DNA of 64,000 nucleotides from Candidatus Eiseniibacteriota bacterium (lineage in GTDB: Bacteria > Eisenbacteria > RBG-16-71-46 > CAIMUX01 > VGJL01): assembly GCA_963792585.1 (NCBI GenBank), contig CAWBWI010000001.1, forward strand, positions 1,728,001-1,792,000. Reading direction: 5' to 3'. The position numbers and the translations under genes are program-made. The notes under the pieces are model-generated. The model searched no databases. It saw only the letters and a list, made by a program, of their open reading frames with translations, and was not told the DNA's origin. Below are positions 1-10,133 of this stretch, in pieces; within the stretch, counting starts at the first letter, position 1; the number at the start of each line of letters is the position of its first letter.

Positions 1-309
1 CGCGAGCAGGTGCCCGGGGCCACGCACGAGGATATCTTCGAGATCCGCGGCGAAGTCCGGGAAGAGATCGCGTTGCGTCCACGTGACCCCGGCGTCCGTC
101 GTGAAGAGAACCGTGCCCCGCGGGCCGACGGCATATCCGGTCGTGGCATCCTCAAAATCCGTTCCGCCAAGCGCGTTCCCCTGAGGCGTGGGAAGCCTCC
201 ACGAGAACTCGTACTCGTCGGCTCGGGCCGGGTTTGACGGGGCGAGCCCGAAGGTGATTGCCAAGAGAAGGGCCGCGGGGAACATACTCGGGGCAGTGCG
301 ACGCATCAT
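1..309 (-). CDS. Secreted YCF48/BNR-type beta-propeller protein, 5' part only (runs off the window edge)
   Basis: Not in the ORF track; translated by hand as MMRRTAPSMFPAALLLAITFGLAPSNPARADEYEFSWRLPTPQGNALGGTDFEDATTGYAVGPRGTVLFTTDAGVTW. Signal peptide, PQGN-L and G-AVG-GT-L-T-D-G-TW motifs; AGGAG RBS upstream. Confidence 0.8.
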   Translation of the reverse strand, partial: MMRRTAPSMFPAALLLAITFGLAPSNPARADEYEFSWRLPTPQGNALGGTDFEDATTGYAVGPRGTVLFTTDAGVTWTQRDLFPDFAADLEDILVRGPGHLLA

Positions 310-522
310 CGTTCGGAGACTCCTGTACGGCCAGCAAGTCCATGGTTTCAGAGGAATCGGGAGCTTCTAAGGCTCGATTGTCGACCGGTGATCGTACGAA
401 GTGCGGGCATTCCTCGTCAAGGCTGCGCCTATGGATCGGCCGATCTCGGGGTCAGGACCCAATTCGGGGAGACAGCACCCCGTCCCCGGGTTTCGGCCGG
501 CGGATTCAGGCGGCGTGTCGGC

Positions 523-1209
523 TCAAGTTCCACTCGACGGCGCATCCGGGGGCACAGACGGCGGCGTCCCCTCCCCGTTCAGTTCGCGCCAGAGCCATGC
601 GCGCGCAAAGGTCCAGTCTCGCAAGATCGTGCGGGAGGAGACGCAGAGAACCTCCGCCGTCTCCTCGATCGTGAGCCCGGCGAAGTAGAGCATCTCGACG
701 ACGCGAACCTTCCGCGCGCCCTCCGTCGCGAGCCGCTCGAGGGCGCGGTGCAGATCGAGCAGATCGACGGGCGAATCCACGTTCCCGAGGAGGCTCTCAC
801 TCAGGGTGACCCGCTGATCACCGCCTCCGCGCTTTGCCGCCCGTCGCGCCCGCGCCGAATCGATGATCACTCGCCGCATCACCGTGGCTGCGACCGCGAC
901 CAGATGGCCCTGTCCGTGAGGGGTGAAGCGGCTTTCGCGGGAGAGACGCAGATATGTCTCATGAACCAGCGCGGTGGGCCGCAGCGTTTCGGCCGCAGCC
1001 TCGCCGCGTAGGATGCAGGACGCGAGCGCGCGCATCTCCTGGTAGACGGTGGGAAGGAATTCATCCAAAGAGCGGGAATGATCGAGCGTCGCTCGCCCGA
1101 CAATCTCTTCAACGAATCCCTCGACGACCTCGACATCGGGATCCCGTGAAGAACGCGGATCGTCCGCGCGCCGCCGGCTCGGGCGCTCGGACTCTTCACC
1201 TCGGCTCAC
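523..1209 (-). CDS. ECF sigma factor, TIGR02999-like (kinase-associated type)
   Basis: LRPTALVHETYLRL, MRRVIIDSARARRAAKRGG and LYFAGLTIEETAEVLCVSSRTILRDWTFARAWL motifs; GTG start at 1209 after GGAGGGAG. Confidence 0.9.
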   Translation of the reverse strand: MSRGEESERPSRRRADDPRSSRDPDVEVVEGFVEEIVGRATLDHSRSLDEFLPTVYQEMRALASCILRGEAAAETLRPTALVHETYLRLSRESRFTPHGQGHLVAVAATVMRRVIIDSARARRAAKRGGGDQRVTLSESLLGNVDSPVDLLDLHRALERLATEGARKVRVVEMLYFAGLTIEETAEVLCVSSRTILRDWTFARAWLWRELNGEGTPPSVPPDAPSSGT

Positions 1210-1237
1210 GGCCTCTCCCTCCCTCCGCAATCCGGCC

Positions 1238-4200
1238 TTACGATGACCCCGGATCGACGAGCGTGATCAGGTCGTACAGGTCCTCGCCCGGCGTGACGCG
1301 GGCCTCGCGCGACAGCTCTTCTTCGCCAAGCTTCTCACGCAGGTCTTGATTCCACTGCGCGAGCATGGCGAGCGTTTCGGGCCGGAACGTAATCTCGCCC
1401 GCCTCCCGGAGTCGCTCAACCGGGGAGAGGATCCGGGCGGCCTGGACATACCGCCCCTCCTGATGCGCGAGCCGGATGCACGTTGCGAGAGCGGAAGCGA
1501 AGGCGGCCCGGTCTCCGACCCGCTTGAGTAGGCGAAGAGTCTGGATCAGGTGGGCTCGGGCCCGATCGAATCGCCCATCGGAGATATCGACGTCGGCGAG
1601 CATCTGGCGTGTCCGCGCTTCTCCATGGATATCGCCATCCGACTCGTGGATGGCGAGCGCCGTCTGCAGAAACTCGTGCGCCCTCTCTCTTTCGCCGAGG
1701 ACAATGGAGGTGTATCCGAGGTTCGTGAGAGCTTTCGCCTCGGCGAGCCGATCTCCCAACTCCCTGGAAATTGCGAGGTACCGCTCGCAATGGGTGCGGG
1801 CGGTCTGGTAGTCGTTGCGCGCCCCGGCGACGACGCCCAGGTTCCCGACACAGACGGCCGCGCCGCCCCGATCCCCCGCCTCCTCGAAATAGCGTTTGCT
1901 CTCGAGCAGGAGCGCCTCCGAGGAGGCCGGATCACCCCGATGCAATGCTTCGACCGCGGCCGTCTCGTGCGCGAGCGCGAGCGGTCCAGGTTCTCCCAGC
2001 GAGCGGGCGAGCGCGAGCGATTCCTCGATGACCGGCGCCGCGAGATCCATCTGGTTGAGGAGAACGTGGAGGAGCCCGGCCTGCGCCAGAACGCCAACCT
2101 CCGCATGACGATCCTCATCGCCCCAGGATGGATGAGGGACTTCCGCGCGGGCGGCCAGCAGCCGGTCGAGCCACCCGAGCCCCTCGATCCAGAGTCCCTT
2201 CTGCAGCCAGTAGTACGCCAGCCGGTCGGCGAGAGCGAAGGCCGCGTCGAGCCTGTCGCGGGAGAGGGCGAGATCGATCCCGTTGAGGAGATTCGGATAG
2301 TCCGGCTCGATCCTCCGGACCCACGCGGAGCGGAGCACTAACCTCTCCGGATCGCGCAACGCCGCCGTCGCCCGCAGGCGCTCGAGGTAGCGGGACTCGA
2401 CCTCCGCGCGTTCCCCCGGCTCTTCGTCGAGGCGCTCGGAAGAGAAGGCGCGGATCGTCTCGAGCATCCGGTACCGAGCCGCGGGAGCGGCGTCGCGAGA
2501 GCGCCCGGTGAGCTCCGGCTCGACCAGCGATCGTTCGACCAGGCGGGCCAGGAGGTCGCACACCCTCCACCTTTCGATCCCGCCCCACCCACCGCAGACA
2601 TCCTCGGCGTCGGCGAGCGTACTGCCTCCGCGAAAGACCGAGAGGCGGCGCAGCAGCACCCTCTCCTCGCGCTGTAGCAGACGGTCGCTCCACGACAGCA
2701 ACTCGTGCAGGGATCGATGGCGCGGCGGGGCGGTCGAGAGCTCTCCCGGGAGCGACCGTCCCTCCTCGATGCGGGCAAGGATCTCCTCCAGCGGAAGGGA
2801 ACGCACCGGGGCCGCGGCCAGCTCGATCGCGAGTGCAAGCCCATCCAGGCGACGACATATCCGGACGACCGTTTCGAGATCCTCATCGTTCGGGGAGAAG
2901 CGCGGGTCGCGCGAGCGGGCACGACCGAGAAAGAGCTGGACCGCCTCGCACTCGGCGGCGGGCCCGATCTCCTGCGATTCCGCCGGGATTCCGAGCGGAG
3001 GCACCGGGACGATCTGTTCTCCCGCGATCGCGAGGGGCTGTCGGCTCGTTGCGAGGATCGACACGGCAGGGGCGAGCGTCAGAACCTGCTCCGCGAGGCG
3101 TGCGACCGCCTCAACGAGATGCTCGCAGTTGTCGAGCACGAGCAACGCCGGCTCCCGGTGACAGGCCGCTGCGATGCTCCGTACGAGTCGGTCCGCTTCC
3201 CCGTCCAAGCGGATCTCGCGGATCCCTAGCGCCCGCGCCACAGCGGCCGGGGCCTCCGCACCATCTGTGAGGGCGGCGAGATCGACGAACCAGACCCCAC
3301 CGGGATACATCGATTCGCGCATCGACGCCGCCTCGAGAGAAACTCTCGTCTTGCCGACCCCTCCCGGCCCGATCAAGGTCACAAGCCGACACGCGGCCAG
3401 CGCCTCGGCGAGGGTGTCGAGAAGCGCTCCTCTGCCCACGAAGGATGACAGTGGCAAGGGTAGGTAGCCGCGCTTCCCTCCCACTTCAGCAGCCCGCTCC
3501 GCCTCTCGCTCCAACCTTTGGTGGCGACTCCCGGTGCGCGAAGAAAGAAGCCCCATCGCCCGGGCACGCAGCAACTCCTCTTCGAGCACCTGGCGGGCAA
3601 GGACGGCGCTCGGCCTCCGCGAGGGCTCGGGCTGCAGGCAGTCTCTCAGGAGGTCGCGCAGCGGTTTCGAGATCGTCTCGGGGAGTTGATCGGCCGCCGT
3701 CTCTCCCCGGCGATTCGCCTCCAAGATCTCCCCGAGACTCGTGCCCCGAATTGCCGGCGCCCCGAGGAGACACTCGTGGAGCACGCAGCCGAACGCCCAT
3801 AGGTCGGAGGCGGGGGCGAGCTCCTCTCCCCTGCACTGCTCGGGACTCATGTACCCCGGAGTGCCCCCAACGCGCCGGCGTCCGGACGCAGGGTCAGCCG
3901 AATCGCCGGTGAGCGTGGCCAGACCGAAGTCGAGAACCTTGACCCAACCCTGCGGTGTGATCCGGATATTCTGCGGCTTCAGGTCACGGTGGATGACGGA
4001 GCAGGTGTGCGCCGCCTCGATCGCCGCGGCGATTTGGCGCCCCATGTCCAGACCAAGCTCCGGAGCAAGGGGGCCTTCCTTCAGACGGTGAGCGAGCGTC
4101 ATCCCGGGCACATACTCCATGGTGAGGAACGCGACCACCCCCCCATCTTCGGAGGGGTCCTCCTCGATCGAGTGGACCTGGGCTACGTTCGGATGGAGCA

Positions 4201-4567
4201 CGCTCGCAAGAAGACGCGCTTCCTCGCGTAGCCGGGCCCTTTCCTCCTCCGCGCGCGGGAGGGGAACGAGGGTCTTGATCGCAATCAGGCGATCGAGGTC
4301 CGGGTCCCGCGCGAGATAGACGATTCCCGCTCCGCCTCGATCGATCTCCTCCACGATCTCGTACTTGCCGAAGCGCGCGGGGGGGGACGGCCGCGCCCGT
4401 TCCGGCGGTGCGAGGAACCGAGGCGCGGAGAGAAAAGCGCGCAGAAGACTCTCGAGCTCGTCACGAAGCGCTGGATCGCTTGCGCCGAGCGCCTCGAGTC
4501 TCGCTCGCCGTTCATAGGGAGGAAGCTCGGTCAGCTCGTGGAAGATCTCATCCATGTCGTCCGACAT
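1238..4567 (-). CDS. Ser/Thr protein kinase fused to a STAND/NB-ARC-like ATPase, winged helix and TPR repeats
   Basis: Kinase motifs HRDLKPQN, VKVLDFG, GTPGYMSPEQ; Walker A GPGGVGKT, Walker B LLVLDNCEH, LDGLALAIELAA; C-terminal TPR-like helices. Start at MSDDMDE is inferred. Confidence 0.9.
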   Translation of the reverse strand: MSDDMDEIFHELTELPPYERRARLEALGASDPALRDELESLLRAFLSAPRFLAPPERARPSPPARFGKYEIVEEIDRGGAGIVYLARDPDLDRLIAIKTLVPLPRAEEERARLREEARLLASVLHPNVAQVHSIEEDPSEDGGVVAFLTMEYVPGMTLAHRLKEGPLAPELGLDMGRQIAAAIEAAHTCSVIHRDLKPQNIRITPQGWVKVLDFGLATLTGDSADPASGRRRVGGTPGYMSPEQCRGEELAPASDLWAFGCVLHECLLGAPAIRGTSLGEILEANRRGETAADQLPETISKPLRDLLRDCLQPEPSRRPSAVLARQVLEEELLRARAMGLLSSRTGSRHQRLEREAERAAEVGGKRGYLPLPLSSFVGRGALLDTLAEALAACRLVTLIGPGGVGKTRVSLEAASMRESMYPGGVWFVDLAALTDGAEAPAAVARALGIREIRLDGEADRLVRSIAAACHREPALLVLDNCEHLVEAVARLAEQVLTLAPAVSILATSRQPLAIAGEQIVPVPPLGIPAESQEIGPAAECEAVQLFLGRARSRDPRFSPNDEDLETVVRICRRLDGLALAIELAAAPVRSLPLEEILARIEEGRSLPGELSTAPPRHRSLHELLSWSDRLLQREERVLLRRLSVFRGGSTLADAEDVCGGWGGIERWRVCDLLARLVERSLVEPELTGRSRDAAPAARYRMLETIRAFSSERLDEEPGERAEVESRYLERLRATAALRDPERLVLRSAWVRRIEPDYPNLLNGIDLALSRDRLDAAFALADRLAYYWLQKGLWIEGLGWLDRLLAARAEVPHPSWGDEDRHAEVGVLAQAGLLHVLLNQMDLAAPVIEESLALARSLGEPGPLALAHETAAVEALHRGDPASSEALLLESKRYFEEAGDRGGAAVCVGNLGVVAGARNDYQTARTHCERYLAISRELGDRLAEAKALTNLGYTSIVLGERERAHEFLQTALAIHESDGDIHGEARTRQMLADVDISDGRFDRARAHLIQTLRLLKRVGDRAAFASALATCIRLAHQEGRYVQAARILSPVERLREAGEITFRPETLAMLAQWNQDLREKLGEEELSREARVTPGEDLYDLITLVDPGSS

Positions 4568-4819
4568 ACGGCAATGGTAGAGCATCGACTTCGGGCGGCG
4601 CGCAAGAACGAGAGTCTCGCGCTGCATGGAGCAGACTGTCCGCCGGTCGACCTGCGCATTTCCACGCCTGTGGCCGATGCTTGTGACATTGTGAACTTCC
4701 TCTCGATCAGACGGCGCCGGCCTCCGATTCGTCCATGCTTCGGCGGGCCGGCGCATTCTCCGGCGGTGAGGAAGCGCCCGCAACGGCGGGACCGAGGGAC
4801 CATCTCGAAGCCTGGATGC

Positions 4820-7024
4820 TCAGTTCAACCGGACGATCGCGCGCTTCGCGAGCTCCCGCCCGACCCGGATGCGACAGAAATAGGTCCCGGCCGCGACAGA
4901 CCTTCCCGCGTCGTCGTGTCCGTCCCACTCCACGTTGCGCTCCCCCGCACCCTGACGCTCCGCAACCAGCGTCCGTAGGCGCCGGCCGGCCACGTCGAAG
5001 ATCTCCATCCGCACGAGCGCGTCGCGATCGACGGTATAGTGGATGGTGGTCGACTGGCGGAACGGGTTCGGGTGGTTGCCCAAAAGCGTTCCGTTACCGC
5101 GGACCGTCGCGGCGGCCTCATCGAGGCCCGCCGGCGTGACGATCGAGAAAACGATCCGCACCCGATCTGGATCGCGATAGACCGTGATCTCCTCCACGCG
5201 GACCGACCCGTCCGCATCGACGACGGTCACCCCTGTTTGCAGCATATCCCCATCGCTCACGCGCACGACGCTCCAGTCCACCAGGCTTTCGGGGGCGGGA
5301 AGGAAACGCTGCGGTTTGCGGATCACGAAGCCCGCGGTGACGCTCGCCTGCGGGCAGGAGTCGATAGGAGAGCCTCCACCGCCGATCAAGTAGGCGGTGA
5401 CGCCCCAGCGGGTCGCGGTGTCGACGATCGTCGAGCGCTCCCAATCGTGATATCCGCCCCAAGTCCCCCATGGATCACCTGTGGCCGGATCGCCATCGCC
5501 CGGGTCGGCGCTTTCGGACCGGCCCTGAAAGTCCGAGAACGCGGGAAAGGATTGATCCGATCGGTACAGCATCTGCGTGGCGGCGTCGTCGCGTCGCGTC
5601 TGCTGGTTCGCGGCGATCCCGTGCGACCAATGGCCGTTCCATTGCTCGAGGCCATGCCCGCGCTCGTCCCAGTAGAGGTGGATCCCCCAGCCCTGGGCGT
5701 CCGCTTCCCTGTAATTCGCGACGACGAGCGAGTCCCATCGCATCGTTCCGTTCAAGTCATCCTTACCGCTGAAGACGCGGGTGAACGGCAGGTCTCGCTC
5801 CGGAGAGACATTTGTCGTCATGTCCCAGAGGTCCGCCATTCGCACGATCCCGCCATCGCGATTGATGAGGTTCGTCGGCAAGTTCATCGCGGCGTCGCCG
5901 AACATGGGATGGGGGAATTCGGGTCCGCCGAACCCGTTGTTGAAGATGCAGACGCTCGCGAAGGCGTTCGGGTAGGCCTTCGCGATCTGGTTCGTGCCCG
6001 AGGACCCCATGCTGTGTCCCATGACGGACACCCGATGGCGGTCCACATCCAGACGCCGGATCATCCACTCATTGATCCAGAGCAAGCGTCGCTGCGTATA
6101 GTTGATCACCGTGTCCCCCGGCGCGGGATCGGCCGGCGGCGCAAATGGGTCGTAGTTCTTCCGCCATCCAAAGAACCAGGTGTTCTGATTTGTTTGCGGC
6201 TGACCATCGATGTTGCGGACGAGGCGGTCGTCGTGCGCCACGAGGTACCCCTCGGTGATCCTGAGGTCGATCTCGCGGCGATCTCCGGGAAAGGACTGCT
6301 TGGCGCTACCGTCCCCGCCATGGAGGAACCAGACGGCCGGGAGCAGCCCGCCTCCTGCGCCGCCGACCGGCTCGCTGACGATGAAGACGTGAGGGGCGCC
6401 GTTCTTGTGGAGGTTCGCCATCACGGGAAAGTCGGGTCGGCCGGAGCCTTCGTCATCGCGTCCGTCGACCCACACGCAGTAGATCGTGTACGGGTTGCCC
6501 GCCGGAGTGATACCGCTGACCTGCGCATGGCACTCCACATGATCCGCCGGATCGTAGGCGGCGGTAACAGGAGTGGCGGTGACGCTGTTCGTCACGTCCG
6601 TCTCGCCCCATGGGGCGACCGCATAGTACTTCGACCCCGAGGCGTGCAGGGTCTCGACGAAGAGCCCCTCGTCATCGGCAAGGGTGTACGTGCCCAGGCC
6701 GGTACTGTCGGGGATCGTGTAGGTTTGGTCCGGGTCGCTTGCGTTGAGTTTCAGCCGCCCTCCCGTCCATTCCGCTTCGAACAGCCGGCCGATCATCGTC
6801 GCATCGGCCGTGTTGGTGAAGGGCGCCGGACCGGTGTAGATCGCATATGTCTCGGGAGCCGGGGCGGCGCCTTTCCAGATGATCCAAACCTGCCCATCGG
6901 CGTACCAGGCTCGGACATCGGAAGCGCCCGCGGCCCGCGCTTGGGGCGTCAGCGACCAGAGGGGAGCCGATAGCAACGCCGCCAGGACGAAGGGCCCGTG
7001 GATTCTCGACGTTTTCGTGTACAT
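4820..7024 (-). CDS. Secreted alpha/beta-hydrolase-fold protein with a C-terminal FlgD-Ig/T9SS-like domain
   Basis: Signal peptide after a GGGAGG RBS; FLHGG, nucleophile elbow GHSMG, candidate Asp and His (GKDD, GHG); C-terminus NHPNPF...WDGHDDAG...GTYFCR. Confidence 0.8.
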   Translation of the reverse strand: MYTKTSRIHGPFVLAALLSAPLWSLTPQARAAGASDVRAWYADGQVWIIWKGAAPAPETYAIYTGPAPFTNTADATMIGRLFEAEWTGGRLKLNASDPDQTYTIPDSTGLGTYTLADDEGLFVETLHASGSKYYAVAPWGETDVTNSVTATPVTAAYDPADHVECHAQVSGITPAGNPYTIYCVWVDGRDDEGSGRPDFPVMANLHKNGAPHVFIVSEPVGGAGGGLLPAVWFLHGGDGSAKQSFPGDRREIDLRITEGYLVAHDDRLVRNIDGQPQTNQNTWFFGWRKNYDPFAPPADPAPGDTVINYTQRRLLWINEWMIRRLDVDRHRVSVMGHSMGSSGTNQIAKAYPNAFASVCIFNNGFGGPEFPHPMFGDAAMNLPTNLINRDGGIVRMADLWDMTTNVSPERDLPFTRVFSGKDDLNGTMRWDSLVVANYREADAQGWGIHLYWDERGHGLEQWNGHWSHGIAANQQTRRDDAATQMLYRSDQSFPAFSDFQGRSESADPGDGDPATGDPWGTWGGYHDWERSTIVDTATRWGVTAYLIGGGGSPIDSCPQASVTAGFVIRKPQRFLPAPESLVDWSVVRVSDGDMLQTGVTVVDADGSVRVEEITVYRDPDRVRIVFSIVTPAGLDEAAATVRGNGTLLGNHPNPFRQSTTIHYTVDRDALVRMEIFDVAGRRLRTLVAERQGAGERNVEWDGHDDAGRSVAAGTYFCRIRVGRELAKRAIVRLN

Positions 7025-7375
7025 GGAAGTCCTCCCGTGCGGACCTCCGCCTTGATCCCCTGACCGCCAAGGGTCGGGCGGGCAAGTCCCCACTTGGGTA
7101 ACGCGAGGACGGCCGTCGAAAACAGACACACGCAATTGCGACTCGGGACGATTTCCTTCCTGAGATGGGCCACCGCGCTCGGCGGCCGCCCCCCCCGTGG
7201 GTTGTCCCCTCCATGGACCCATCTCGTTGCGGCCCCGATCGCATGCAGCATGACGGTGATACGCAAATCCTCTATGATGCGACGTATCAGGAATCAAGCG
7301 CTGCATCGTCGTCCCGGCCACAGGGATCCGTTCGTCCGTGGCGGGTCCCGCCTGCCGGCGGGAAGGAGGGAACCC

Positions 7376-7753
7376 ATGCGATGGATCGCCACTATGTCGT
7401 TGGCGCTGTTGATTTGTCTCCCTGCGTCGAACGCGTCCGCAGGCCGCATCTTCGGCGACATTAAACTGGACGGGAAGCCCGTGCCGGCCGGCATCACGCT
7501 GAGGATTGCCCTCGTGCCGCCGGTCAGCGCTCCCGGCGCCGAGTCCAAACCTGTGACGGTCGTGGCCGATTCCACGGTCACCGACAAGTTCGGTTCCTAC
7601 AAGCTCACCGTCAAGGAAGAGGGAAAGTGCATTCTTACCCTCGTGTACGAGAAGCAGGCTTACTCGCTCGAGGTCTTCTCATACAAGCAGGCGACCCGCT
7701 ACGACATGATCCTCGAGAAGAAGGACGGCACGCTGGCACTGAGAAGGAGGTGA
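7376..7753 (+). CDS. Small secreted beta-sandwich protein (carboxypeptidase-regulatory-like fold suspected)
   Basis: AAGGAGG RBS, signal peptide MRWIATMSLALLICLPASNASA, and a TDKFGSYKL motif. Confidence 0.7.
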   Translation: MRWIATMSLALLICLPASNASAGRIFGDIKLDGKPVPAGITLRIALVPPVSAPGAESKPVTVVADSTVTDKFGSYKLTVKEEGKCILTLVYEKQAYSLEVFSYKQATRYDMILEKKDGTLALRRR

Positions 7754-7760
7754 GCGGAAC

Positions 7761-8660
7761 ATGAGCGAGGGACCCGTCACGAAGCGGGACACGTGGGACA
7801 AGATCGACATTCTCATGCGCCCGATGGGTGGGTTGCTGACGGCGGTGGCCATCACCGTCCTCGGGTTCATCACGTCGAACGCCCTCAGTCAGCGGCAGGC
7901 GATCGACACGAATACACGCCTCTATACCGAACTGATGAGTCGCCGCGAGGAGGCGGAAAGCGCGCTCCGCAAGGACATGTGTGTCTCCATCATCAACTCC
8001 TTCGTGAACCCGCGCGACACCGGGCTCAGCGCCTCCGTGCTCAATCTCGAGATGCTCGCCTACAACTTCCATGAGTCACTCAATCTGAAGCCGCTGTTCA
8101 CGGAGATGCGGCGGCGTGTCGTCCGCGAACGGGAAGAGGCCAAGACGGATGCGGCCCGCGCGGAGGACGACGCATACCTCGACCGACTGGAGAGCATGGC
8201 GCGAGAGATCGTGCGCCGGCAGATGATCGTGCTGGAAGGCGTCGGCAAGAGGTTCGACCGCACGATCGACCTTTCGGGTGATCCCGGCGGAACCAGTCTG
8301 GAGCCGGAGACGCTGACGCTCGACGGAGTTTCGACGACATTTGCGATCGACGTCCTGGATGTCGATCGGGCGAACCGCGAGATTCGGATCGGCCTCAACA
8401 TCGAGACCCCGGATCCCGAACTGGGTCGCCAGACGAAGGTGGCGACCTTCGGCGTCACCTATTTCGACTTCCCGATGATCGACAACACGCGGCTCGTCGG
8501 CGGCCAGCGCTGCTCGGTGGTGTTGAACGACATCTCCGACCAGTCCGCCGACATCACGCTCGTGCTCTTCCCCGGGACGTATGCAAGCCTGAAGGAGAAA
8601 CCGTACTACAACGAGGTCATCGAGAATGTGTTGACTGCGAACAGGCGGCTAACACGTTGA
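7761..8660 (+). CDS. Hypothetical membrane-anchored protein
   Basis: 299-aa ORF 7 nt after the previous gene, GGAGG RBS, one N-terminal transmembrane segment, GC3-rich codons. Confidence 0.75.
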   Translation: MSEGPVTKRDTWDKIDILMRPMGGLLTAVAITVLGFITSNALSQRQAIDTNTRLYTELMSRREEAESALRKDMCVSIINSFVNPRDTGLSASVLNLEMLAYNFHESLNLKPLFTEMRRRVVREREEAKTDAARAEDDAYLDRLESMAREIVRRQMIVLEGVGKRFDRTIDLSGDPGGTSLEPETLTLDGVSTTFAIDVLDVDRANREIRIGLNIETPDPELGRQTKVATFGVTYFDFPMIDNTRLVGGQRCSVVLNDISDQSADITLVLFPGTYASLKEKPYYNEVIENVLTANRRLTR

Positions 8661-8744
8661 ATTCGGCCGGTTAGGTCCGAGACCGGCGCCTCGAGGAAGG
8701 CACGCGGAGCTTTCGCTCCACTCAGGGAGAGGGGCCTGATCCGA

Positions 8745-10133
8745 ATGGGTCTTTCGCGGACTGGGGTGTCACCGTTCCGGAGGTTCTTCTTCGAGACGAG
8801 TCTGGGTATGACTCGCCCATGGAGGCGCAACCTGGAGGGGCTCCGGCGCGGGCAGGCCCTAGGTGAGGAAGGAACGCGGAAGCTACAAGGACGGCTTCTC
8901 GAACAACTCCTTGAGCACGCTGCTCATCATGTCCCCTACTATCACGATCTCTTTGCAGCGCACGGCCTGCTGAGCGGCGGACGGGTCCGGATCGGCTCTC
9001 TGGCGGAGCTTCCGTGCTTGGATCGTGCGACCCTGCGTCACGAGTTCGATCGACTCCGTTCCGATGACCTCGCCCAGAGATCCTGGACGGTGAACAGCAC
9101 GGGAGGTTCGACGGGAGAACCGGTTCGATTCATTCAAGATCGTGAATCGGGTTTCTGGCGCGCCGCCGTTGAGCACCTCTTCGACGAATGGGCGGGAGTC
9201 CCTTTCGGCACGCGACGAGTCCGGCTGTGGGGGTCGGAGCGTGATCTCTTCGTCGGCCGGGAGCCTCTCAAGGTCCGCCTCTACAGATGGCGGAGGAACG
9301 AGATCTCGCTGAACTCCTTCCGGATGACTCCGGCGCAGATGCGAACATACACGGAACGGATCAACGCGTGGCGTCCGGGCCACATCGTGGGTTACGCGGA
9401 CAGCCTCTATGAATTCTCACGATTCCTAGAACGTTCCGGCCTCACCGTCAATCCGCCGGATTCGATCATGAGTTCATCCGGCACCCTCCTCCCCCACCAG
9501 CGCGAGACGATCGAGCGCATCTTTCGGGCTCCCGTATTCAACCGCTATGCCTCACGGGAGTTTGGCGGCATCGCGAGCGAGGACGGGACGCACGACGGCC
9601 TGGTCGTGGCCGCGCCCCACACATGCGTGGAAGTTCTCCGGCCTGACGGCTCGCCCGCCGGGCCGCTCGAGGAAGGAGAGGTGGTGATCACCTCCCTGAC
9701 GAACTACGCCATGCCGCTCATCCGTTATCGGATCGGCGACCTGGCTTGTCCGGCGGAGCACGGGTCCGCGAGAACCGGCTGGCCGGTCCTCGCGCAGGTC
9801 ACGGGACGTGTCACCGACACGTTCGTGCGCCCCGACGGCGGGGTGGTCTCTTCCCTCTACTTCATCCATCTGGTGGGAGTCATCCTGAGGGCTGGATGGA
9901 TCCGCAGATTCCAGGTGATCCAGGAGGAACCTTCCCGAATCATCGTCAACCTGGTCCTCGAGCCCCCTTTCACGGAGGACAGCCCAGACTTCCTCCTGGG
10001 AACCCGGGAGCTCACGGACAAGATCCGTCTCGCCATGGGCGAGGACTGCAGGGTTGAATTCCAGGTTCGAGAGGGAATCCCCACGGAGTCATCCGGGAAA
10101 TTCCGGTACGCCATCAGCCGCGTCGCGCGGTGA
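8745..10133 (+). CDS. Phenylacetate-CoA ligase family / CapK-like adenylate-forming protein
   Basis: STGGSTGEP P-loop, YASREFG, TSLTNYAMPLIRYRIGD and SGKFR motifs. Confidence 0.85.
   Translation: MGLSRTGVSPFRRFFFETSLGMTRPWRRNLEGLRRGQALGEEGTRKLQGRLLEQLLEHAAHHVPYYHDLFAAHGLLSGGRVRIGSLAELPCLDRATLRHEFDRLRSDDLAQRSWTVNSTGGSTGEPVRFIQDRESGFWRAAVEHLFDEWAGVPFGTRRVRLWGSERDLFVGREPLKVRLYRWRRNEISLNSFRMTPAQMRTYTERINAWRPGHIVGYADSLYEFSRFLERSGLTVNPPDSIMSSSGTLLPHQRETIERIFRAPVFNRYASREFGGIASEDGTHDGLVVAAPHTCVEVLRPDGSPAGPLEEGEVVITSLTNYAMPLIRYRIGDLACPAEHGSARTGWPVLAQVTGRVTDTFVRPDGGVVSSLYFIHLVGVILRAGWIRRFQVIQEEPSRIIVNLVLEPPFTEDSPDFLLGTRELTDKIRLAMGEDCRVEFQVREGIPTESSGKFRYAISRVAR

Noticed and set aside
4665..4689. TGTCACA...CGT as an ECF promoter upstream of the kinase
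   Set aside because: A single imperfect instance that I could not find repeated upstream of neighbouring genes.
5039..6973. Long antisense and alternative-frame ORFs (this one, 33434-34822, 40829-42034, 50043-51371 and others)
   Set aside because: Shadow ORFs of real genes caused by high GC3; they carry no recognisable motifs.
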